DNA of 64,000 nucleotides, from the NCBI GenBank assembly GCA_963769025.1, contig CAVYKI010000003.1:1216001-1280000 (forward strand). The letters are read 5' to 3'. Source of the stretch: an uncultured Verrucomicrobiae bacterium (GTDB taxonomy: Bacteria; Verrucomicrobiota; Verrucomicrobiia; Chthoniobacterales; Chthoniobacteraceae). Shown here piece after piece: positions 54,247 through 64,000 of the stretch. Every line of letters begins with the position of its first letter. Positions within the stretch are counted from its first letter, which is position 1. The notes beneath the pieces were generated by a model, which searched no databases, had not been told where the DNA came from, and was given only the letters and a program-made list of their open reading frames with translations. The position numbers and the translations under genes are program-made.

Positions 54247-54804
54247 GTGAATTCGTTTTCGACACCGCCGGGACTTCGATTGGCACTCGCGGGCGCCTGC
54301 GCGGCGCTGCTGATGGGGTGCGAGAGCACCACGCCAGCGAAGGGCCACGCGTATTACGCCGTGAGCGCGAAGCAGGCGCAGGTGTACCGCTTTGGCCCGG
54401 CGCAGCCGACGGGCGCGGATGCGCTGCTCAGGCAGGGCCAGCGGGTCATCATGCTCCGGCAGGAATTCGGCTACAGCCGCGTGATGACCGATGACGGCCT
54501 GACGGGCTACGTCGCGAACGACCTCATCGCGCCTGCGCCGCCGCCGGAAAAGCCACGGACATCGCCCGGCATTCTCGCGTGGGGAAACCTGCCGCCGCTG
54601 CCGTCACGGGGAACCGCCATGCCCGGCGTGAGTTCGGCGAACCGCGCGATTTTGCAAGGCACGCCGCTCTTTGGCGGTGACGAACTGCCGCCTCTGCCGG
54701 ACGCGGGCGAGCGCCCGAATTTCCGCACGGGGAAGCCCAGGCCCGGGTTTCGGATCAACGTCCGTGGTCCATCTGCGCCGCCCGCGGAAAATCCCCCGCA
54801 GTGA
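54247..54804 (+). CDS. putative lipoprotein with SH3-like domain and Pro-rich tail
   Basis: LLMGC lipobox; LRQGQRVIMLRQEFGYSRV..DGLTGYVA SH3b-like pattern. Confidence 0.65.
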   Translation: MNSFSTPPGLRLALAGACAALLMGCESTTPAKGHAYYAVSAKQAQVYRFGPAQPTGADALLRQGQRVIMLRQEFGYSRVMTDDGLTGYVANDLIAPAPPPEKPRTSPGILAWGNLPPLPSRGTAMPGVSSANRAILQGTPLFGGDELPPLPDAGERPNFRTGKPRPGFRINVRGPSAPPAENPPQ

Positions 54805-54903
54805 CGGATGCGATACGCGGGCGTTCCTGTCCGCATGTCGAGTTTGCGGCGGAACGAAAGGTCCGGCGCAGCATTCAGCGCCCGCTCCGGGCGGGAGCCG
54901 GGT

Positions 54904-55461
54904 TCAGTTTCCCGACGGCGCGGGAGCCGGTGCCTTGGGTGCCTCCGCTGGCTTCGCCGGCGTGGTGGGCGCGGCAGGCGTGCTTTCGGCGGGTTTCGCG
55001 TCGGGCGTCGCCGGCGGTGTGCCGGGTGCGGGCGCGGGAACTGGCGCGGGAACGGGCGGCGTGGTGGCGGATTCGGGAACGGCGGGCTTCTTCGCGGCCT
55101 CGACTGCGGCAGAGGCGGCCTTCGCGGCTTCCTCGGCGGCCTTCTGCTTGTCGCGTTCGGCCTGCTCCTGCTTCTGCTTGGTGAGGAATGCCTCGGTGAT
55201 GCCCTTCCGCTTGCTGTCATGCGTGCCGAGCACGGCGATGACCAGGCAGAGCACGAGGAAAATGGAACCCATCCAGCGGGTCAGGGTGGCGAGGACGTTC
55301 GTGGTCTGCGCGCCGAAGATGTTGCTCGTGGCATCGCCGCCGAACGCCGCACCGAGCCCTTCGTTCTTGGGCCGCTGCAGGAGGACCAGCAGGATGATGA
55401 GCAGGCAGACGATGACCGTCACTGCGGTGAGCAAATTGGTAATGATGCCGATCCAGTTCAT
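54904..55461 (-). CDS. secG: preprotein translocase subunit SecG with long Pro/Ala-rich tail
   Basis: LLVLLQRPKNEGLGAAFGG...FGAQTTNVL..LT between two TMs. Confidence 0.9.
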   Translation of the reverse strand: MNWIGIITNLLTAVTVIVCLLIILLVLLQRPKNEGLGAAFGGDATSNIFGAQTTNVLATLTRWMGSIFLVLCLVIAVLGTHDSKRKGITEAFLTKQKQEQAERDKQKAAEEAAKAASAAVEAAKKPAVPESATTPPVPAPVPAPAPGTPPATPDAKPAESTPAAPTTPAKPAEAPKAPAPAPSGN

Positions 55462-55570
55462 AAAAAAAGGGGCGGGAATATGGGGGCTCCTCCCGGGCTT
55501 GGCAACGTCAAAGCCCGATTTCCGGGAAGATAGTTTCCCTTTTGACGGAGGAGCCCCATAGTGCGGGGCT

Positions 55571-56863
55571 ATGCCATTTCGCGAACTCGGTCTCGGAGAG
55601 AAGATTTTCAAAGCCATCCAGGAGGCCGGTTACACCGAGCCGACGCCCATCCAGGCGGCGGCCATCCCGCTCGTGCTGGAAGGGCACGACCTCATCGGCA
55701 TCGCCCAGACGGGCACGGGGAAGACGGCGGCCTTCACGCTGCCCATCCTCGCAAAGATGTCCGGGATGCTGAATGACGGCCTCCCGCGCAAGACGCGGAC
55801 CCTCATCCTCGCGCCAACGCGGGAGCTGGTGGTGCAGATCGAGGAGAATGTGCGCGCCTACGCGAAGCACCTGAGTCTGCGGATGGCGACAATCTTTGGC
55901 GGCGTGGGAGAGCGTCCGCAGATCGATGCGCTGCGCTCCGGGGCGGACATCGTGGTGGCGTGCCCCGGTCGCCTGCTGGATCTCATGGACCGGCGGTTCG
56001 GCGATTTTTCCAGGCTGGAATTCCTCGTGCTCGACGAGGCGGACCGGATGCTGGACATGGGCTTCCTCCCGAGCATCCGCCGCGTGATCCGCGCGCTGCC
56101 GCAGAAGCGGCAGACGCTCATGTTCTCCGCGACGCTCTCGAGGGAGATCGAGTCGCTGACGCACGAGTTTCAGCACCACCCGAAGACGGTGCAGATCGGC
56201 CGGCGCTCGAATCCGGCGGAGACGGTGACGCAGTTTGTCTACGAGGTGCCGGGGCACCTGAAGCCCGTGCTGCTCACGCATCTCCTGCAGGATCCGAAGA
56301 TGGACAGCGTGCTGATTTTCTCCCGCACCAAGCACGGCGCGGACAAGATCGCGCGGCGGCTGGAGCAGGCGGGTGTGAAATGCGGCACGCTGCACTCGAA
56401 CCGCTCGCAAAACCAGCGGCTGAAGGCGCTCAATGAATTCAAGGCCGGCACGGTGCGCGTGCTCGTGGCGACGGACATCGCGGCGCGCGGCATCGACGTG
56501 GACGGCATTTCGCACGTGGTGAATTACGACTTCCCGATGCACGCGGAGGACTACGTGCATCGCATCGGCCGCACGGGCCGCGCGCACGCCGTGGGCGACG
56601 CGATCAGTTTTGTGTCGTCCGACGATTACGGGTCGCTGAAGTCGCTGGAGCGTTTCATCGGCCGCGGCATCGTGCGGAAAAAGGCCGAGGGCTTTGACTA
56701 CAACCAGCCTGCGCCGCCGAGGCTGCCGGAGGCTCCGCGCGGTCCCCGCGGCGGTGGGCAGAATCGGGGCGGACAAAACCGCGGGCAGCAGAACCGTGGC
56801 GGACAAAACCGCGGCGACCAGTCGCGCGGCCGCGGCGGACAGGTCGGCTACCGTTTCCGATAG
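55571..56863 (+). CDS. DEAD-box RNA helicase (RhlE-like)
   Basis: Q motif PTPIQ, AQTGTGKT, PTREL, DEAD, SAT, ARGID, HRIGRTGR. Confidence 0.95.
   Translation: MPFRELGLGEKIFKAIQEAGYTEPTPIQAAAIPLVLEGHDLIGIAQTGTGKTAAFTLPILAKMSGMLNDGLPRKTRTLILAPTRELVVQIEENVRAYAKHLSLRMATIFGGVGERPQIDALRSGADIVVACPGRLLDLMDRRFGDFSRLEFLVLDEADRMLDMGFLPSIRRVIRALPQKRQTLMFSATLSREIESLTHEFQHHPKTVQIGRRSNPAETVTQFVYEVPGHLKPVLLTHLLQDPKMDSVLIFSRTKHGADKIARRLEQAGVKCGTLHSNRSQNQRLKALNEFKAGTVRVLVATDIAARGIDVDGISHVVNYDFPMHAEDYVHRIGRTGRAHAVGDAISFVSSDDYGSLKSLERFIGRGIVRKKAEGFDYNQPAPPRLPEAPRGPRGGGQNRGGQNRGQQNRGGQNRGDQSRGRGGQVGYRFR
56753..56827 (+). repeat. coding 15-bp repeat encoding (GGQNR)-like x5 in the helicase tail
   Basis: GGQNRGGQNRGQQNRGGQNRGDQSR. 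Confidence 0.8.
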
Positions 56864-56941
56864 GCCGGCCTTCGCATCGGCGCGGCGGGATGACGGAGAG
56901 ATCATTTGCAACTGGCGCCCGGTCCGCTTGTCTCACGGCGG

Positions 56942-58045
56942 ATGAAGCGCCTGACGGTCAGTGTTGTTCTCTTGCTGAGCGTGGCCGGACTGCACGCCGA
57001 CCCGGAAAATGTGAGCGAGTTGCTGGAGAAAATCCGTGACGAGCACCATGTGCCCGGGCTCGCGGGTGCGGTCATGGACGAGGGGAAACTTGTCGCGCTT
57101 GGCGTGTGCGGGAAGCGCAACGCGCAGCGCGCGGCACCGGCGACACTCGACGACATCTGGCACCTCGGTTCCTGCACGAAGAGCATGACGGCGAGCATCG
57201 CGGCGATGCTGGTCGAGGATGGCCTGATCTGCTGGAACACGACGCTCGGTGAGATTTTCCCCGACGAGAACGAGGAGATGGCCCACGCGTGGCGGGACGT
57301 GACGCTGGAGCAACTGCTCGTGCACCGCGGCGGCGCACCGCACGCGGCGCCGAAGGACCTGTACGCCGAGGCGATGAAGCAGGAGGGCGAGCCGAGGCAG
57401 CAGCGCTGGGAATACGTCACCGGCCTGCTCCACCATCCGCCCGCGAAGCCGCCGGGGACCCAGTGGATTTACAGCGACAGCGGCTACGCGCTCGCCGGGG
57501 CGATGCTGGAGCGCGCGAGCGGCCGGGCATGGGAGGAGCTGATGCGCTCGCGGCTGTTCGGGCCGCTCGGGTTGAAAAGCGCAGGCTTCGGCCCGCCTGC
57601 GACGCGGGGGAAACTCGATCAGCCTTGGGGGCACCTCGGCTACGAGCCGCCCTTCAAGCCCGTCCCTCCGGGGCCGGATGCGGACTATCCGCCGGCGCTG
57701 GGACCGGCGGCCACCGTCCACATGAGCATCTCGGATTTTGCGCGCTACGCGCAGTGGCACGTCGCGGGCGCGCGCGGCGACGGCACGCTGCTGAAGCCGG
57801 CGTCCTTTCGCAAACTCCACACCCCTCCGCCGGAGCAGGAATACGCGATGGGCTGGGCGGTCACGAAGCGCCGCTGGGCCGGCGGCACGGCGCTCATGCA
57901 CAATGGCGACAACACGATGTTTTACGCGGTGATGTGGCTCGGCCCGCGGGAGAACACGTGCTTCGTCGCGGCGTGCAACGCGGACTGCCAGGATGCCTCG
58001 GAGGCATGCGACGAGGCGATCCAGATGCTGATCAATAGGTTCTGA
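56942..58045 (+). CDS. secreted serine hydrolase (beta-lactamase class C/DD-peptidase-like)
   Basis: Signal peptide, GSCTKS (SxxK), LLVHRGG, YSD, HNG. Confidence 0.88.
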   Translation: MKRLTVSVVLLLSVAGLHADPENVSELLEKIRDEHHVPGLAGAVMDEGKLVALGVCGKRNAQRAAPATLDDIWHLGSCTKSMTASIAAMLVEDGLICWNTTLGEIFPDENEEMAHAWRDVTLEQLLVHRGGAPHAAPKDLYAEAMKQEGEPRQQRWEYVTGLLHHPPAKPPGTQWIYSDSGYALAGAMLERASGRAWEELMRSRLFGPLGLKSAGFGPPATRGKLDQPWGHLGYEPPFKPVPPGPDADYPPALGPAATVHMSISDFARYAQWHVAGARGDGTLLKPASFRKLHTPPPEQEYAMGWAVTKRRWAGGTALMHNGDNTMFYAVMWLGPRENTCFVAACNADCQDASEACDEAIQMLINRF

Positions 58046-58095
58046 GCGGGCTTCCCCCCGAGGCCGCTTCCCGCTAAGCGTGGCGCGATCCACCG

Positions 58096-59482
58096 ATGGG
58101 ACTCACCACCCAGACTTACGACATCCTCACGCGGCTCGCCGTCGGCAACGGCGCGCTGGTGTATCGCGCCGTGGACAAGGTCTCGCACCGGCAGGTCGCG
58201 CTGAAGCTTCTCGTGCAGGAGGGCGACCTGGATCACCGCTTCCACGTCGCGGAACTTCTGGCGGATTCGAAGAAGCTGCAGCAAATCACCGGCGCCCACG
58301 TCTGCCAGCTCCTCGACGCCTACACGGACGACGACGGTCCGGTGCTCGTTTACGAATTCGCGAGCGGCCTCAGCGGCGGCGAGTTCCCCTTGCAGCGCAA
58401 GCTGGACGCGGCGCAGGCGGTCGATGTCGCGGCGCAACTGATCAGCGCACTGCGCTCCGGCGAGCGGCAGAAGACCCCGCACGGCGACGTGAAGCCGTCG
58501 AACATCGTCTTCGTGGATCTCCCGGACAAACGGCCTTTCACGATCGTCCTCGACTGGGGCCTCACCGCGTATCGCACCGCGATGGCGGATGACTCGCTGG
58601 CATTCCTCGCCCCGGAACGGCTTGCCGGCGCCACGGCGTCGCATCGCGCGGATCTTTTCTCGGCCGGCGCGGCTGCTCGTCTTTCTCTACACGGGGAAAA
58701 TGCTCGTCACCGGCACGAACCGCGAGGAGCTGCAGGCCGCATGGAAAAAGGCGCGCCCGGCGGTGCTCGCGGAACTGCGGCCCGACCTGCCGGCGAAGCT
58801 CGTGCAATGGGTCTGCAGCCTGCTCGAGTTGGCCCCGGAAAAGCGTCCCGAGTCCGCAGTCGAAGCGCTCGCGACCCTCGCGGCGTTGAATCCGCCGCCG
58901 CCGCCGGTTCCGCCCGAGACATTCCGCCCGCGTCCCACGCCGCCTGCATCGGGACTCCCGAAGCCGCCGCCGCTGAAGCTCGCGAAGCCCGCATCCGGAA
59001 TCCGGCAGCCCGCGTCCGCCGCCCGCCGCCGCGCCCGCACCGGCGACTTCGGGCTGCAGCGCCAGCCGCCGGCCGGCGAAGCGGCGGCATCCGGCGGCGA
59101 CGCCAGCGGCGCCGCCGAAGCCTCCCGCGGCTCCGCCAAAATTGTCCCACGTCGCGATGACGGTCGGGCTGTTCCTTTTCCTCGTGACGCTGATCGTCGG
59201 TGCCATCTGGTTCCTCTTTTCCGGCCGAAGCCGGAAGAGATGAAGTATCCCGGCGAGGAACACGCCGCCAAATCGCGGACCGGTCGCGCCAGCACGGACT
59301 CCGGCGCCTTCCGTCGGGTCCGACATCGGGAAGAAATACACGCCGCCCACCGGCGGCGACGCCGCAAAGAAGCCGACGCAACCGCCCGCCAAAGCCGGCC
59401 GAAGACTTCCAAGCCCGACCCAAAAGCCACGCCGAAGCCCAAGGCCACGCCAAAACCCAAGCCAAAGCCCGCCCCGCGCTAA
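58096..59482 (+). CDS. Ser/Thr protein kinase-like protein with TM segment and Pro/Lys-rich tail (frameshifted)
   Basis: VALK, HGDVKPSN, DWG, LAPE, ADLFSAG; TM-like VGLFLFLVTLIVGAIWFLF near 59160; KATPKP repeats. Confidence 0.75.
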
Positions 59483-60191
59483 GCCGGCGCCGCTGAGCCG
59501 CAGCCGAAATAATCCGCCACTCCGAGGGCGCGAGACCCTCGACCGTGAACTCCCCGAACCGGCTGCGATGCAGCCGCACCACCGGGCAGCCGAGGCTGGC
59601 AAACATCCGCTTCACCTGATGGTAGCGGCCCTCGATGATCTCCAGCCGCGCCTCGCGCGGGCCGAGCACTTCGACGCGCGCCGGCAGGCATGGCTTGTCC
59701 TCGCCCTCGAGCATCAGTTCTCCGCTCGCGAAAATCTCCGCGATGTCCGCCGGCAGATCGGCGGCGACGTTCACCTCGTAGATTTTCGCGACCTTGTGCT
59801 TCGGCGATGTCCACCGGTGCACGAGCTCGCCGTCGTCCGTCACGAGCAGTACGCCGGTCACGTCCTTGTCGAGCCGGCCGATGGTGGTCACCGCAGGGTT
59901 GCGCGCGAGCCAGCGCGGAGGGAGCAGATCGTAAATCGTCGCGCCTTCCTCGGCGGAGTCGTGCGAGCAGACGTAGCCCGCGGGCTTGTGCAGCAGCGCG
60001 AGGATGCCGTGCGGGTGCTCCACCGGTTCGCCATCCACCAGCACGTTGCCCGGCGCGGCCTTGTCCGACGGCGATTTCGCGACTGCCGCGCCCACGCGGA
60101 TGCGGCCCGCCTTTATCCACGCGCGCGCCTCGCTCCGGCTGCAGTAGCCGAAGCGCGAGAGCAGCGCATCGAGACGGAGCAGCCCGCTCAC
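59479..60191 (-). CDS. RsuA-family pseudouridine synthase (3' end uncertain)
   Basis: S4-like RLDALL..GYCSRSEA, HKPAGYVCS, IGRLDKD, EGRYHQVKRM. Confidence 0.9.
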
Positions 60192-60847
60192 ACGCGTTCC
60201 TTGAACGGCTCGAAGCCCAGCTCGAAGAAGTTCACCGAGTTCTCCATCACGTGGACGAGCGAGCCGATGAATGTCTCCCACTCCTGGTCGTTCACGAACT
60301 GCGTGTCCCACGCGACGAAGACGCAGTTCGGCGCTGCATTCGATACCTCGATGAGCACGCGGACGTCCTTTTCCCAATCGGGAATCTTCACGTAGCCGAG
60401 CGCACACGGCTTGTGGACGAGCGCATTGTGCGAAAACTGATCCAGCCAGTTGTCGCGCTCCTCCTCCGTGTCGAAGTTCGCATGCACGTGCGTCGAGAGA
60501 TGCGACACGGTCTTCTTGTCGAACTTCATCAGCGTGTAGAAACGCGTGAGCGTCTGCTGGATGATCGTCCAGTCGCCGGCCGTGCGCGCGTTGCGAACGC
60601 CGAGCTTCACGCGGTCGGCGGTGCGGTTGAGCGTTCCGTTGTCGCCGAAGAAAACCGCCTTCAGCTCGTAGTCGAAAAGGTCGTCCACTTTCCGCAGGTG
60701 GATCTGGTCCGGCCGGAGCGAGAGGCCCGTCTGCGGGTCGCAGATCTTCGCGGCAAATTCGTCCAGCTTCGCGCTCTGGTAGCCGAGCGGCGCAGGGAAC
60801 GGCACATCAACGGCGACGCCAAAAATTTCAATCGGGAGTACTTCCAT
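60188..60847 (-). CDS. hypothetical protein translationally coupled to the RsuA-family gene
   Basis: 219 aa ORF with coding-like composition; GTGA overlap. Confidence 0.7.
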   Translation of the reverse strand: MEVLPIEIFGVAVDVPFPAPLGYQSAKLDEFAAKICDPQTGLSLRPDQIHLRKVDDLFDYELKAVFFGDNGTLNRTADRVKLGVRNARTAGDWTIIQQTLTRFYTLMKFDKKTVSHLSTHVHANFDTEEERDNWLDQFSHNALVHKPCALGYVKIPDWEKDVRVLIEVSNAAPNCVFVAWDTQFVNDQEWETFIGSLVHVMENSVNFFELGFEPFKERV

Positions 60848-61026
60848 GGAGCGCGGAGCGTAGCGGGATCGGCGCGGATGCAAAACACGGAATTTTCCGC
60901 CCGCCCGAATCCGTCATCCACTCCGCGGATGCATTCGCCACGGCGTGGTGGACACGGCGCGCGAATCCCGATGCGTGGCACGTGTGTCCTTGCCATGTGG
61001 CGTGCGGGCGATTTTAACGCTCGGTG

Positions 61027-62749
61027 ATGGCAACCATCCGACCGCGACGTGCTGGCATTCTCATTCCGACCTTTGCGGTGCGGACCGAGGACGATCTCGG
61101 CATCGGCGACATCGGCGGCGTGCGCGAAATGGTGGACTGGGCGGCGGAGACGGGTCTCGGCTTTTTGCAGTTCCTGCCGATCAATGCGACGGGAAGCGAC
61201 AGCAGTCCGTACAATGCGATCAGCTCCGTCGCGCTCGACTACCTGACGCTCGAGCTGAACCCGCGAACGGTGCCGGAACTGGATGCGGAATTTTTCAACG
61301 AAACGACGGCCCGGCTCGGTGTGGCGCAGCTCCGGGCGGGTCCCGTGCAGTACGTGCGCGTGCGGGAGCTGAAATGCGACCTGCTGCGCCATGCGTTCGG
61401 GAGGCTCGGCGCGAAGTCGGAACGCGCGCGGGAATTTGCGGCGTTCCGCGAGGCGGAGGGCGCATGGCTGGAGGATTTCAGCCTGTTCCGCGTGCTGATG
61501 GAGGAGAATGGCCACGAGGACTGGACGAGCTGGCCGGATGCGCTGAACACGGCGGCGAAGGCGCGCGAGTGGCTCGCGGCAGAGCGTCGCAAGGACAAGC
61601 GCGAAAGATGGACGCGCGGCTGCGGCTTTCACGCGTATGTGCAGTGGCTCTGCTTCAGCCAGTGGCGCGCGGTGCGGGCGCACGCGACTTCGCGCGGCGT
61701 GAAGCTGATGGGCGACGTGCCGTTCGGCATCTCGTGGTGCAGCGCGGATGTGTTTTTCCAGCCGGAGCAGTTCGACCTCGAATGGTGCGGCGGCGCTCCG
61801 CCGGAGACGTATTTCAAGGACGATGTCTTCGTGCAGCGCTGGGGGCAGAACTGGGGAATCCCGCTCTACCGCTGGGACGTGATGGAGGCGGACGGCTTCG
61901 CGTGGTGGCGTCGGCGGGTGGGGAAGCTCACCGAGGTGTTCGACATTTTCCGGATCGACCACGTGCTCGGCTTTTACCGCATCTACAGCTTCCCGTGGCG
62001 GCCGAAGCGCAACGCGGAATTCCTCAATCTCTCCGAGGAGGAGGCGCGCGCGCTCACGGGCGGAAGGCTGCCGCATTTCCAGAAACATGCCGACGACACG
62101 CCCGAGCATTGCGCTGCAAATCTGCGCCGCGGGCGACCGGTATCTGCGCATGATCGTGGAGGCCGCCACGCCGTACGAAGTCGTGGCGGAGGATCTCGGC
62201 CTCGTACCGGACTATGTGCGCCCACACCTGCTGAGCCTCGATGTGCCGGGCTTCAAAATCTGCCATTGGGAGTCCGACAAGCGGGGGAACGTGATCCTCG
62301 GCGCGAGCTTCGACAACTGCTCCTTCACGACCTACGCGACGCACGATCACGAGCCGATGAAGACGCACTGGGAGCACCGCCGGCGGGAGGCCAACGATCG
62401 CGATGCGCCCGACCACTGGCTCGGGCACAAGGAACTGCGGCTGCTCGCGTGCTTTTCGGGACTGCCGGTGCACGAGGGCCACTGGCCGCCGTATGACGAC
62501 ATGATCCGCCACGCGCTGCTCGAGGCCCTGCTCGCGAGCAATGCACGCTACGCGGCATTCATGCTGCCGGACCTCTTTGCGCTGGAGGAGCGTTTCAATG
62601 TCCCGGGCATCGAGAGCGGCCTGAACTGGGCGGCGCGGATGCCGATGACCGTCCGGGAAATGCGCGGGCAGAGCCCGTGGAAGGAAGAGTGCGAGTGGCT
62701 CGCGACGGCGATCCGGCGCACGGGACGCAAGGACTGGGCGGGCCGCTGA
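61027..62749 (+). CDS. malQ: 4-alpha-glucanotransferase (GH77), frameshift near 62130
   Basis: GIGDIG, QFLPIN, SSPY, MGDVPFG, GQNWGIPLY, RIDH, AEDLG, ATHDH, FNVPG..NW. Confidence 0.92.
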
Positions 62750-62790
62750 CCGCTGGACTCCGCGGCGAGGTGCGGCTTACTTTTGGGCAA

Positions 62791-63861
<1,071 letters not shown>

Positions 63862-63864
63862 GAT

Positions 63865-63972
63865 GGATCCGCAGAGCGCAGATTTTCGCAGAAAGAATCG
63901 GGAGCTGCAAAGCAGTGAAGGGTGTGAAGACGGGCGACTGACTTCAAAATCACCCCGCGCAAATCTGCGGAT
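63865..63972. repeat. ~9-bp-periodic GCAGAT inverted-repeat element downstream of mqnC
   Basis: GGATCCGCAGAGCGCAGATTTTCGCAGA...AAATCTGCGGAT; same family as 9599-9629. Confidence 0.55.
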
Positions 63973-64000
63973 GTCTCTGATGCCGCGGCTCACATCGTCT

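Noticed and set aside
54805..54903. tRNA downstream of secG (common elsewhere)
   Set aside because: No cloverleaf or T-loop GTTCRA motif is visible.
58707..59478. Long C-terminal extension of the RsuA-family ORF (566 aa)
   Set aside because: It is antisense to the kinase gene and low-complexity; likely a missed stop from an indel near 59490.

Overview
High-GC bacterial chromosomal window with about 55 mostly housekeeping and metabolic genes. The gene content suggests Verrucomicrobiota (Chthoniobacterales-like); this is an inference from PVC-type heme proteins, ceramidase-like hydrolases, futalosine-pathway mqnC and short-leader genes. Recognisable genes are yajQ, a System II cytochrome c maturation locus, glpK-glpD, ispH, a PDH E2 subunit, dnaA, argA, rimO, a plant-like leuC, secG, a DEAD-box helicase, an rsuA-family synthase, malQ and mqnC. 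About 16 genes carry frame breaks, including normally essential ispH, so most are probably long-read consensus errors rather than pseudogenes. I found no tRNA, rRNA, CRISPR array, transposase or prophage. Most notable signals: (1) a candidate three-hairpin sRNA with its own promoter and terminator at about 8309-8401; (2) a duplicated-domain His-rich lipoprotein translationally coupled to resB/ccsA; (3) three tandem secreted Pro/Gly-rich peptidoglycan-binding paralogs; (4) a dnaA without dnaN, with a DnaA-box-rich upstream region; (5) a GTAG REP family whose GTAG supplies the stop codon of three genes; (6) a roughly 22-bp-period G/C-tract array at about 51.8-52.0 kb; (7) a secreted VIT-VWA / small protein / rhodanese operon.
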